NCBI GenBank assembly: GCA_051294375.1
Contig: CM119267.1
Location: 4,438,630-4,502,629 of the forward strand
Length of the DNA stretch: 64,000 nt
Reading direction: 5' to 3'
From: Paraspadella gotoi
Lineage: Eukaryota > Animalia > Chaetognatha
Translations under genes and position numbers: made by a program
Shown: piece by piece, positions 42,901 through 55,599 of the stretch
Numbering within the stretch: position 1 is the stretch's first letter
Layout of the letters: each line of letters starts with the position of its first letter
Notes under the pieces: model-generated
What the model saw: the letters and a program-made list of their open reading frames with translations, nothing else
What the model was told of the DNA's origin: nothing
Databases searched by the model: none

Positions 42901-45900
42901 AGGTCTTCGACTTCCTCGACTTCAATTTCTTCCATTGACGGTTTCTCGGGCTCGCGACCTTCGCCAGCGTCCGACAGACACCTTTTTCAATTTCGGTTGT
43001 TACTCGAGGACGCCGGTCGCGAGCTGTCTAACACTAGGGCTTCTCGACCCGCGCCGCGGTCGATCTTGACACTTCCAGGCCACTGCACCCCCAGCACGCC
43101 GCCCGTGCCCTCCCTACCACTAACTCCCCCGCCGACCCGTGTACCGCCTCCAACAAACGGACATGGCACTGGACGGGTCGAACTCTGGCAGTCGGACGAT
43201 GGGTGGGGGCCATCCCAAAAACAAACCCGATCAAAAAGATGCCCAAAAGTCCGAAATCGCGTGTTTTGGTGTACCAAGCGTTCCAGATATTAAAAACGCG
43301 TTGCCTGTGTATATATTCGAAGCCGCGAACCTGTCCACACGCCTATATTAATCCACTCGTCATCTTCGTCCAAGAACTGCCTTTTAATAATCTCTTCTTG
43401 GTTTTTTTGTGTGTGGGTGCTTGGTTGGTTCTTGTTTTTATTTTTTTCTTTTCTTTATTTAAGAAGCACCATGATAAATTGAGGGGAGAGAGGAAGCAGA
43501 AAAGTATATATCTGATGGGATAAAATTTATGGATTTTAAAAAGAAAGGGCTAGAGGATTCGTTAGAATGGGAGCTATGTTATATCCGATTATCTGATTAT
43601 TTCCGAATGGGAGATGCATATATAGCTTGGATAACTGACGACGTTTAGGATTAAGACCCCCAGAGAGAGAGCATCGGTGTGCCAGTGTGTAGCACATTGC
43701 ATACTCTACTCATATAGCCCTTTAATGTTCGGGACGTAATGAGAATCTGCTTGTTCATTCACGTTTTCCAACATGAAAATACACGACATACCGTCTTTCC
43801 TTTCGCTCCTCTTCTTCCTCTTCCTTCTTTCTCAATTTCTCCTGTCACTTTCTCTTCCCACGTCACGACTCCTAGACAAGAAAACTTCTGTTTTTAACGA
43901 ATTTATTCTCATGCGGTGAGATAGTTTTGATAACCTGTGTCAGAGAGATAACTTATTATGAGTCGGATCAATTATTCTCCCCTCTTGTGGTCATTCTATT
44001 TGGATTTCTGTTATTACGCAGCGCTCCTCTCCTAAAGCTCCAACCAACTGCATATCTTAAGTCCCCCCTCTTTCTCGCTGGGAGCTTACCGGGTGCGCGC
44101 AAGGGTGAAGCGTGGTTGGCGGCGTTATATACGTTGCCGAATTGAAAATAGTTCGGAGTAAAGCAAAGCGGAGTGCGAGGGATAAACACTTGTTAATTAT
44201 AATCTATTATTCTTGTATGAAGATTGTTACCTTTCCTATTCAGATTTCTTTGCTGACTTCGCCTTGCGGATTAGGACTTTGGATTATCTGAGAAATTTTT
44301 TTAATTAAAGTTTACTAGGAATATTTAAAATAATATTTAATTAGTCTTACTCTTTAAATATATATCTCACAAATTACTTAATCAAGATTTATCTTTAGAA
44401 ATATTTTTAATCAATTCTAAGAAATCGGAAAGAGAACGGAAAGAAATTCTTCAATGTTTTGAGGATTCTCGTAGCTGTGGTGTTTCGGTCGCGGTGATTC
44501 TACGTCTACTCGCTTGCTCTACTGGGATATTCGTCCGGCGTGTCACCGATCTCTTTAGATCGGGTCTCGGAAATACGAGAGGAATGGGGAATAGATAGGG
44601 GGATGGGATTAGTCAGAGGAATTGGTACTTATGACGTCGTCAAATACTGGAATTACAGACGTCATGTCGGAAATATCTCGTCGAGGAAATTGGCATTTAG
44701 TCGGTAGAGTGGCTGCAATCTGTGTGGTAAGAAAGATACAGGTATAGTGAAGATTAGAAATTGTTTGGCGTCGGTCTGTGCGCTCTGCAGTCATCGAGGT
44801 CTTCGTAAGTGTCCGGTTACAGTGTTTAGAGTTGTTTCGGATAGTTAGTGGTAGTTCATCTCGTGTGATAATGTCGAGGATTCCATTCAGTGAGTTGTAA
44901 GTGGGGATTGTGGATAGGCACGATTGTGTGTTTATATCTGTGTTGCGTTAGAAACATTTATGGTAAGGATATGTGCAATGATTTATATTTGAGAGGTAGT
45001 ATTGTGTGGTGTGCCTACTTCACTTGATGTCGCAAATCGGAGTCTAGGACTTCAGGTCTGAGGTACGGAAGAGAGAGTTGAAGTGAAAGCTAGGAAACAA
45101 TAGAAAAAAAGGAATATAACAAAGAAGAGAGGAATAAGAATTAAGAAGAGAAAGGAAAAATGAGGAAGTATGATTAAGGAAATGTCGGGCTGAAGATACC
45201 AGACTGAAAAGTGTTCGCAGAGTAAATTTGCATTTGGACGTGATTAGGATAATTTTAGTTTGACACGTAATGGTGGATACTTGATGGCAGAGGTGAATTG
45301 GGAATAGGGAGAGGCACACTCTTATTTACAAATTGCGAATAATACAATTATTGAGCTATAAGAACTTAACCGTCAATTGGAAAAGGAGAGGAACTAGAGA
45401 TTAAGAGCCCACGCCAATTTGGGCAACTTACCTGGATTGATGAGGCCTTAGGAGCGTTAGATATTATTTTTTTATATAGAGTATATTAATTTCGGGGAAT
45501 GATTATTACCACACTAATGTTCGACGGGCGTCGGAGGAATAGCCTGTTGTTTTCTGGAGGATGTGTACTCGGTTAACGATATCTCTCAACGTTTTGCACG
45601 GATGGAATAAGGGAGGGAGGTGGATTGGATACTTTAAAGAGATGTGTGAATGGGATTAGGAGTATACGAAAAGATGCATGACGTGAAAAACTCTAGGTCG
45701 ACCTTCTTTAATGAAATTGTAATATTCAGAAGTTTAGATGATGAATTAAAACAAAGGACGATTGGATGAGTGAGAAGATATGGTAAATATGAGATGCGAA
45801 AAGTTTTCGTGGAGAGGAGAGGTGACAAAGTTTTTAACAGTATTAGTGAGATAGAGTCGTGTGTAGAAGTGAATTAAGTTACCCAAATTCTTCATTTAAT

Positions 45901-48900
45901 CTGTAAAAGATTCAGTTGTTTAGAGTAGAATTGTTATTAAAATAAGATTTATAAGAGCCACGGATATAGATGTTCCACGAAGTGCTATACGAGGGAGAGT
46001 GTTCTGTAGATCACCTGTGGAGTGATGCGCCGACCACGAATTAGGAGTTGAGCGGAAATTATGAGTGAAGGTAGATCAGGGTAAAATTAGTGAGAGACGT
46101 GAACAGAACACACAGAGGGAATTGTCATAATTTAGAGGAGTAGTGAATGGCATATTAGATACAGCTAAGTTTAGATTTCACGGCACTTTGTGTGTGGACG
46201 AAACATGAGTAGAGAGAGAATTTGCGAATTATGAGATGATTATTATGAAAGATTCAGTGAGGGTGTCGGAGGCAGCTTTAGCTGCTTTATGTGGAATAAT
46301 AGTTGTGTGTATTTAAAAAATGTTGGGAATAACAGGATCTTGTTGTGTTTTGTTTAATTTTGAGTTTAATTTAGTTTGTACTCATTATGTATATTTATGC
46401 GTCACATATGGGGCGAAGAGAAGAGAGAAAAGCGAGAAAAATATGATGAGGGAGTAAAAAAAACTTGTAGGAGTAAATTAAACGGGGTTGTTAGTCAGGA
46501 TGGGGACGTAAAATTATTCAGACTAATTTGTTATTATTTTATTTAATATGAGAGTATGAGAGACGATGATTCTTCGGGGTCGAGGTGTCATCTCATCAGA
46601 AAACAAAAGTGCCCAAGAGGAATGAAGAAACGCATTCCCGCGAACGCGAGGTGATGAGGAGAGGGAGGAGTAGTTTGGGCTGTTGAAGTGGAGGAGGTGC
46701 AATGTTGCCATGAGAGGGATTGATGAGAATGATGAGAGAGTATGTTGGTGGGAGTTGAGTTATTTCGGTAGGGAGAGATGAGACAATGGAGAGAAGAGAG
46801 AGAAGCGAGGGGTAGAGACAAAATCACATCCCTGTATTTCAGGTAAAATTTATTTGTACCAACGTAATTCGATAAACAAGGAACGGGTAAATTATCATAC
46901 CTTATTTGAATTCGATCATATCAGTAGAGTGTCTAAAGAGAAGTTCGTAACAGAATCGAATGAGAACACATAATACTTGCTATCACATCACGAGAAGAGA
47001 AGTAGGTGCATCTTCGTAACATAGTAGGACTAGTCAATGAAAACGATTCCCGGCTTGCGGGGCCAAGAGACCGTTATAATTCGTGCGTTAAACTACTTTA
47101 CGACGTTATGGTCTTTGTAAGATATACGGTTGTAGGTACAGTTTGAAGTGCTGGTGTTAATGAAAGGTTATGAACTATAGACGAAAGGTAGTCGAGGGTT
47201 GTCTCATGGCATGTAGAACCGGCGCTTTCGAAGATATCTTACCTATTCTAATACTTGGAGTCTACTCGAGGACATGAACAGGTTTTAGTGATTACCAAAA
47301 AACCATACATTCGTTCTAAACCATAAGGTACAGCCCCACTGATGGGTAGTGTTAAGAACCAAATGCGGGGAATCAGTCTGTATAGCACTCTCTGAAACAC
47401 GAATCGAAATTCAATTTTTATTGGGATTCGGCCGGGACTTCTGGATTGGTTATAAAATCTTAAGACACACCCTCCACGCGGCGCGCGCGCGCGCCACTCG
47501 TCTAGAGGAATAAATCTCTCTAAAATTCACTCTCCGAAACCACTTCCTATATACCCCTCTCCAACGCGGCGCGAATATCCCAGAAAAACGACGGTCCTCA
47601 TCTTGCAAACCGGTACCACAAGGCGATTTCTTTTCTTCGGATCAAGTTTCATCTAGATTTACAAATCAATGTTGCTTTTCGTTATTTGTTTTTTAATTTT
47701 TTCAGAAAATTACTAGGATTAATCGATAGCTTTCGCAATTTCATCCTAGAATGCCCCACCTTTACCTGCCACGTGGGCATTCCTTCAGTTGTTTTTCAAT
47801 TAAAAATTAACGCACAAAATAATAGAACTCATGAATAATGCCACGTTAATACTCTCAATAAAACACTCCTTTTTTTTTTTTGCTCTCGACGACGGACAGA
47901 TGAGTAAACCGCAATTTACTACCACTCCATGCTCGTAGGTTCACCGCTCCACCCAAGACGGAAACTGTCGGTCGTCGTCTCGTCGTCCCCGTTCAAAAAC
48001 GAGCCCGCGCCCCATCTTGGTTTTCACGCTTCATTGATGACAGCGCCCTCACATCATGGTACTGGACTCGTTTTGAGGGCGCTGGGAGCGGTTTTTCGGG
48101 GTCGGTCGTCGGTCGTAGTCCATACTGACTCATGTTATTCAAATATTACAATATAATTGCATTTACTCACCCTGGGCCTTGAGGGACAGACGGACTGTGG
48201 CTTATATTTCTTCTCCTGTTGTCTAGGAGATTCAATCTTTTGAGACACAGCGTTTAGAAACAGGGCTTTTAAGAAACAGGGATATTCATCAGGACACAAT
48301 CTGGAGCAAAAAATTTCGGGAAAGGTCACCGAAATATTCATCCACAATAATCTTATGGGAGAATAATTTAAAACTTGAAGGTTATTTCATGGAGATACAG
48401 GGGTTTTCTGGTTATCTGGCTGGGATTTGAATGTGGCTGTCTGGGCAGGGATTATACCATCATTATCTCAAGATGCTTTAAATCTCGTCATAATTTATCG
48501 GTCGCGGTTGGACTAATGAGTATTTTAGTTATCCTAAAAAATATCTTGTTGAAAATCAAATAAACGGGACTCGCGGAGAGAAATGGGAAAAGTATAGCAT
48601 AATATAAAAAACAAATGATCTTCGACAAGAGTTGGTTGCACCATTTAATTAATACGTTGGGATTTATAAATAATTCGGGGTTAAAAGAGACACAACAAAA
48701 TTTAAGCTTGTGTACTATAAGTTAACAAAGCGACCGCACATGAAAATTGCATATTAAATTAAGCAGAAGAAAAAATAAGAAAAAAATACCATAATTGAGC
48801 AAAAAAGATAGAAGAATATATTGGATATACGTATTGAAGGAATAAGTAATAATAGAATATATAAGAAAAATGAATAGTATGAATTTGACAATAATCTCTC

Positions 48901-51018
48901 CGGTTTATACTGCCTGTTCGGTCTCTTAATAACTTCACACGATTGTACGCTCTAGTGCTTAGACGGGAAGATCTTTCTTATCTATTACATTTTTTTTAAC
49001 ACAGGGATACCCGTCCTTATCTGACCACCAAAATCGGGGTCTTACTCCCACAAAAACACAAATAACTTTAAAAGACGGTTAAACTCAGTTTAAATTCTTA
49101 ATTTTTTTTCTTTAAATTTATTTATTTCTTTTTTCCTTATAATACCAACGGTATGACATAGGGTGTTGACATGCTCTACCTGTACCTTCCGTTCTCCTTG
49201 TTGTATCGGTCTCGGCTCAGAACCGTGCCGCGTCTCGACCTCGCGAAAAGCAGCGATATATAGGGACACGCGGAGAGTGGACGAAGGCCGCTTACACGTC
49301 GAGATGGCGCACGAGTACGAGGAATCCGGGGAACTCCGGCGGCTTGCGGGACCACTGGAAAGAAGCGGGGCGAATACTTTCGAGCAATACCCTCAAAAAT
49401 GAATCTTCGGCTAAGGCGTTGTTTAGACCAAGTTATGCGTGGCTAATGTCATGCGAGGCGCGAAAAGTACTGCGCCGAGGCGGAGACACGTTGCAAGAAG
49501 TCGCGCCGCACCTCCTCGGAACCAAAAGGGGTGGAAAATGCGAAACAGGAACTGTTGCCGTGTGCGCGATTACGACGGGAACTTCGGAGACGAGGTGAGG
49601 GCGGATCATGCGCGATAAGCACGGAACTTTACGATCATATCGAGTCTGCCGAGAGCCGAGCGGGTAGAGACGCGAGATACGTTTGTTTGAGCGTCCACAG
49701 TCGGTATTCTGCTGACACCATTCGGGTTCGGTCGGGGTAGCCGTGACTTGATTCCGCCGTCTGGCGGCCGGTTATATTGAGAAAATACCTCATGGATCAA
49801 TGGATGAAAATTCGGGGAAATTGATTAGTGGCAAACGGAAGTGCGTAGTCTCAGGCGGCTTCATTTCACTGGTCCTCAGAGTGGAAGACCAGATCTGCAA
49901 AGCTCCATGTCATTTTGGTTGATTCTATTCTTTATATGCGGCGCATTGTAATTTGTATATATTCATCCTTAAAGGCCACTACGAGAGGGATTTTTTTTGC
50001 TATATAAAATGCCAATGTAAGTTAATACAATTGGTATCCGGGAATTTTAATAGGAGGCTGGGACCAGTTAGCGAAAAGGCGGGCAATTATGTGGATCCAT
50101 TCAATTTAACGTTTTTTTGGAGAATATGATGGCAAAAGATAAGTGGTTTCTCGTATATTTAAAAAAATATTTAGTCACGTACATCCACCATAAAACATGG
50201 TTAAATCTAACTATTCGGAAACGAAAATCATCCAAAGAATGGGCGCAAACCCTCTTTGCCCCGCAATCGGAGCACTCTTACTTATTTTTTACGATCAACC
50301 AAATATTAATTCGGCGCTTCACAGGACGATAGAAGAGACGGTCGTTTATTCACCAAAAATCAACTGCTCTGTCTCGAACTCTCGACGATACAGGTATCCG
50401 GGGGGAAAAAGTCTGTTATATACAGTTGTATCACTTGGCGAATTGGGCCAAAATGCGAGAGATTGAACGACAGGTGAAAAAGCGAAAAGAGGAAAAGTGG
50501 TCGAAAAATATTTGCCTTTTCAGCGGTACACGCATTAATTATGATTGGAAATTATGTCTTTCAACACTTGTATGCAGGATTTGGGGAATTGTTCTATACA
50601 CAATGGAAAAGTTTAAAAATCGGTAAATGGTAGAAATTTATTGACATTTCCTAAAAATTCTTTTTGAAGATTTCTGTAATAACTAAGTAAAGGTTTGTGT
50701 CGAAATGATTTCTGTGGTCTTGCCCTCTTTTGATTTTACATTAATACTGATCACTCTAAGAATACATAATATCTTCGTTGGGAGATAAACCAAGCTTTCT
50801 TCTCTGCGTAATATTAATTGGGAATCTTCACATTGCAGTTTAACAACTCGTAATGCAGTATATGAAACAAAGGGCTAAGTTTTATAAAATTAAATTTACG
50901 AGCGATGACCGCAAATCAAACGGAATTTTACAGATTTAAAATCAAACGCCGAAAATATTAAAAATATTACAATAAAGATAAAGCAAAATACCGGAGAACT
51001 CGAGGCGAGTGAATATCC
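39246..51018 (+). repeat. copy B of the 11.8-kb tandem duplication
   Basis: Same start and end as copy A. The first ~650 bp differ by indels and the remainder appears identical. Followed by the 25-N gap 51019-51043. Confidence 0.98.
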
Positions 51019-51227
51019 NNNNNNNNNNNNNNNNNNNNNNNNNTAAAAGCTGAAAGAAAGAAAGAAAGAAAAAAACTTAAAGATAAAGGAAGAGAGAAGA
51101 GATAAATGAGAAAAAATTAGTCAACGAACTAATCTTTTTCCCATTTTTTAATTGCCGGCGATTCGAAAGAAAGAAAGGGGAGAGAAAACGCAATTTACAT
51201 GACATTAACTCTCCTTGTGCCGGGGTT

Positions 51228-51264
<37 letters not shown>

Positions 51265-52331
51265 NNNNNNNNNNNNNNNNNNNNNNNNNNNNNNNNNNNN
51301 NNNNNNNNNNNNNNNNNNNNNNNNNNNNNNNNNNNNNNNNNNNNNNNNNNNNNNNNNNNAGAGAGAGAGAGAGATAGACCAGCACATTGCCGTTTCGTCT
51401 CATTTGATTGAAATATTTTATTTAATAACTTTTACCTTTTTTGTCTATAGTGGTAGTTTTCATGCAATCTTTACCTTTGTTTTGTCTTTAGTTTTAGCTT
51501 TGTTTGATGCTCATGTATGTACTGAATCAACCATTCGAAATAAAACGCATATATTTGCACTGGAGATTAACAAACAATCCTTTCTGTAACTTTTTCATTG
51601 TTTACTTTATTGCTAAAAGATTGATAGATGGGGTATAATATCGATCTGCGCCACAATATTTAAATGTTTTTTTCAATTTTATACTAATTTTCAATTCATT
51701 TTCTCTACCGCGTTTCCCTCAAAAGTCATTTAGGTTTTCATTGTTTTCTTTCGCTCCACTTTCCTTCCTCATTCAGTTTTCTCTCTTTACTTTTTCACTT
51801 ATTTTCTTTTTCTTTTTCATTTTTTTTCTTTTCATTTCGCATTTTCGTTTAATCTTTTCTCTATTTCCGTTTCTCTTTCCTATTTTATTTTTCCTTTTTT
51901 CTCTTTTCTTTCCTTTTTCCCGGTTTTCCCTTTCTTCTTTCTCTTCCCTTCTTCCCTTATTCCTTTCTTCTTTCCTATTTCATCTTCTCTTTCATCTATC
52001 GTCTAATCGGTAATCTAACCTTTTTTCTCTTTTCTTCCCGATCCCTCCGATTCTCTTCCACCGATTTTCCAAATCCTCAGCCGTCCATTCTCCAGTTCAC
52101 CTCTTAATCTCATTCCTTCTCCGCCTCATCCTCTCTATTTCCGCTCTCCTTCTCTTCTCTCCTTCTCTTCTCTTTTCTTCTCTCGCCGCCGTTATTCAAG
52201 AAATATACATAACGACGTCTACAGAGCGCAATAAAAGTTTTTTCGAGTCCGAATCTTCTCCTCGTCTCGGAGGCCGAGTGAAGGATTGTTGAGCCTCTCA
52301 TTCGTCGCCGCCTCGCGTCGCCAGCGTCGAT

Positions 52332-52475
52332 TCGACCAATCGGAGGCCTCGCCGCTTCGACCCGTCGACCAATCGGAACCCGACCCCGACGTCACTGCCG
52401 GCGCCACCTCAACGAAGCAGACGCCATAAAAGGCGCCAGTGGTTGTGTGTGTGGACCGCGTTAAAAACCGTGAGT
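52332..52475 (+). promoter_or_regulatory. candidate Pol II core promoter: 2x CCAAT, CRE-like site, TATA-like box, downstream splice donor
   Basis: tcgaCCAATcgga twice (CCAAT at 52336 and 52369, 33 bp apart), GACGTCA 52388-52394, CATAAAA 52425-52431 and GTGAGT 52470-52475, all in a CpG-rich island. Confidence 0.55.
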
Positions 52476-52860
52476 TTGCGAAGGCGAACGTTGNNNNNNN
52501 NNNNNNNNNNNNNNNNNNNNNNNNNNNNNNNNNNNNNNNNNNNNNNNNNNNNNNNNNNNNNNNNNNNNNNNNNNNNNNNNNNNNNNNNNNNNNNNNNNNN
52601 NNNNNNNNNNNCTCTCGGTCTCTCGTCTCTCCCGGTCCTTCCACTCACTCAAGCAAAAGCTAACCGAGAGAGAAAGCTGTTAAGAGAAAAAAACAGTGTT
52701 TTCTCTCTCTCTCACGAAACAGTTTTTTCGTAGTTATAAAAACTTTTTTTTTCTTAAACCCTGACTCTGGAGACTCGCAAGTTATAACGTTTAAAAATCG
52801 TTTACCCAGTAAACGTTTTTTTTTCTTTAAATTAACTTTTTCTCGATTTCGAGTTAGAAG

Positions 52861-52926
52861 ATATTAAAATATTAAAATATTAAAATATTAAAATATTAAA
52901 ATATTAAAATATTAAAATATTAAAAT
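52861..52926. repeat. (ATATTAAA)n octamer tandem repeat
   Basis: About 8 perfect units, pure AT. Confidence 0.92.
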
Positions 52927-52980
52927 AGGAAAAATGGCGGGAAAGAGAAGGAGGGAGAGGAATTGGCTTCAAGGTTTAGA

Positions 52981-53290
52981 GTCGGCGTCGCGACACTGAA
53001 TGCCACCTTAGAGTCGGAATAGAGAGGGATGGAATAGAGAGGAATTGGATAGAGAGGAGTGGAATAGATATGAATGGGAAAGAGAGGAATGGGATAGAGA
53101 GGAATGGGATAGAGAGGAATGGGAGAGAGAGGAATTGAATAAAGAGGAAAGAAATAGAATGAAATGGAATAGAAAATGTCGGCGTCGAGACACTGAATGC
53201 CACCTTAGAGTGGGAATAGAGAGGAATGGAATAGAGAGTAACGAAATAGAGAGGAATGCAATAGAGAGGAATGGAATAGAAAAGAATGGA
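52981..53290. repeat. (GGAATAGAGA)n-type minisatellite with a 34-bp complex unit repeated at a 197-bp period
   Basis: gtcggcgtcg(c/a)gacactgaatgccaccttagagt at 52981-53014 and 53178-53211, each followed by GGAAT/AGAGA-derived 10-15-mers. Confidence 0.9.
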
Positions 53291-53653
53291 GATGTAGATT
53301 TTGTTGATGAAATAGAGAAGCATGAGATTTCGATTGTGATTTGAATCAGTGAGGTTTGAATCTTTTGTGAATATAATACAAAAGTGAAACGGCTTTTTAA
53401 TTTTAATTTAATTTAATTTTAATTTTAATTTACGTGAATGGAATATAAAAAAGCGAAATCTGTATGAAATTGTACAAGTAAGTATTAAAGTTGTAGGCTA
53501 ATTTAAAATAAAATAAATGAAATAGACTTCGGTCCTCCATATTGACCAATCTGGGTACAAGACGAGAAAAACGCTTCAGTTGTAGTGGTAGTATTTCATA
53601 CTTATTTCATGTCTTATCTAATGTCTGGAGATCAATGAAGGCATATGCATAAT

Positions 53654-53704
53654 TAAATAGTCGTACATAGTATGTATAATATACATACTATGTACGACTA
53701 TTTA
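53654..53704. repeat. perfect 51-bp palindrome (25-bp arms, 1-nt centre)
   Basis: taaatagtcgtacatagtatgtata-a-tatacatactatgtacgactattta; the arms are exact reverse complements. Confidence 0.95.
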
Positions 53705-54929
53705 TATATTGTATATGATGTGTATATGATGTGTATATTATGTATATTGTATGTCTCTCACTGGTAAAGTCAGTTATCTTACATTGATATTTTATAATTA
53801 ACCAGTTAAAGTTTCAAAAAAAACATATTTTCAAACCATAAGTAACGTAGTGTTAAGAATCGAATCAGTCTGGTATTTCACAATTACAGGTTTATGACCG
53901 AAGTAAAAACTAAGCAACACTCGGACCAGAAAATCCCCCCTCCCCCTTGCACCCATCACCCAACCACCCACCACCACGCCCCTACCACACACCTCCACGC
54001 TTTTCTCCATCAATCACTCATCTTTTTTCCCGCCATCTTTTTCCCATTTAACACCCCCGAGGCGTGACGAGATGATTCCCCTCCACCCCGAGGGTCAGCG
54101 ATTGCCACCTCGACCGGAAACTTTGTTCGTCGGTCGTCGCGTCGTTGCACGGCGGCGTTCGGAAAACGAGCCCGGGCTGGCCATCTTGGGTTTCACGCTT
54201 CATTTGACCGCCGCGCTCGATGACCCCGTCTAGAGGGCGGCTGGAAGGCGTTTTTTCGTTTTCGTCGTCGTCGTAAGTCATTAGCCATGATTTGGTCATT
54301 ACTCACGCTAGAGCAAGACTCGCGATCTATCTTTTCTTAAAATAGACGGGTAAAGATATTTCATCGAAAACTCTGAAAAATTGAAGTTCACGAAAATCTC
54401 CAATAATCTTATTGGATTATCTTTAGGTTAATTCTGGAAGATTTGGCAGCGCAGGATTGGCCGTGGATTTAGGCACGGAATTATGTCCACATATCAAGGT
54501 TATCGGTTGTCTTGTTGATGTTGTTTTTAACAAAAAATTCTGTCTGAAATCAAAAAAAACGCTGATGAAGACTCTAAAAACATGAGTGAAAACATGTCCT
54601 ATAAACTATGATTAAATTCGTTAAAAACGTTGTTATTCCTAAAAATTTCTAAATTAACGAAAAGAAAGAAAATCTTACAAAAAATAAGTAATAATGAAAC
54701 ATTGATATTAATATTGATATTAATATTGATCTTAAACAAAAATTCTCCGTTATACTGTCGTACTCTTCAATAATCTCAACTTAACTCTACGAAATCTTCT
54801 TTTACATTTTTTTTTACCCGACCCCCTACGAAAATCGTCTACGCCCAAAAACCTATTTTAAGATAAATAGTTTAATTTTAATTTTTTTTTTTTAAATTTA
54901 TTTATTTCTTTTTCCCCTTAACCGCGACC

Positions 54930-55331
54930 ATGTTGCACATCTCCTACCTCCTCTTGATGCTCGCCGCCGCCGGCGGTCTCGACCTCTTGGCGGCGGCGAT
55001 ATTGGCGGCGAAACTGACCCGGTCGGCGTCGATGATGGAACTGCGAGGAATCCGCGAGGAACTCCGCGCTCGACTCACTGAAGAAGCGGCGAATATTTTC
55101 GGCGAAGCGGCGGCCCAAGAGGCGGTGTTGCTCGCAATGTTCGAGGCGCGAATCGACGCCGCCGCCGAAGAGTTGGCGGCGCGACCCGCGACGGTGGAGA
55201 TGCGAAACGCGTTGCGGCGATGCGCGGATTCGGCGATGGAGGCGGTCATGGCGATAGCGGGACTCGTCATCGTCGCCGTCACCGTCGCCGTCTTGTTGAA
55301 GGATTCCAGCGATTCTTACATCGTCGCGTAG
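54930..55331 (+). CDS. uncharacterised 133-aa Ala/Glu/Leu-rich protein with hydrophobic N-terminus and C-terminal TM-like segment
   Basis: GC-rich island matching the ORF limits; ACC-ATG context; third codon positions mostly G/C and first positions mostly G; a same-register antisense shadow ORF; AATAAA at 55524-55529. No family recognised, and local sequence quality is uncertain. Confidence 0.5.
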   Translation: MLHISYLLLMLAAAGGLDLLAAAILAAKLTRSASMMELRGIREELRARLTEEAANIFGEAAAQEAVLLAMFEARIDAAAEELAARPATVEMRNALRRCADSAMEAVMAIAGLVIVAVTVAVLLKDSSDSYIVA

Positions 55332-55599
55332 CGGGACTTCGCCGTCTGGCGGCCGGTTTACGAAAATCCCTCTGGCGGCATGGATCATCGAATTGAAGAC
55401 GGAATTCGTCGGCGGTCTATCCTGTCCTCGGAAGTCCGATCTTCAGCTGCATTTTGGTGATTTTCTGTATTGCTTTTCTATTTTTGTAATTAATTTTAAC
55501 TACAATTAGTGTTGTTTTTTTTTAATAAAATGCCAATCATGTATCCGATTTTAAAGAATGCTGACGTTAGAAAGTAGCCATTTCAATTAATCGTTTTTT

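Noticed and set aside
28254-51018. Integrated virus, Polinton or horizontally transferred island, tandemly amplified
   Set aside because: No ORF over ~150 aa, no integrase/polymerase/capsid motifs, no TIR/LTR; colinear with 51044-56258 and bounded by 25-N gaps, consistent with a noisy read.
54918-55388. 156-aa minus-strand ORF ending near AATAAA (also considered as histone-like)
   Set aside because: It is in the same codon register as the plus ORF, with the R/H/Q/D-rich composition typical of an antisense shadow frame, and has no histone-fold motifs. Not fully excluded without stranded RNA data.
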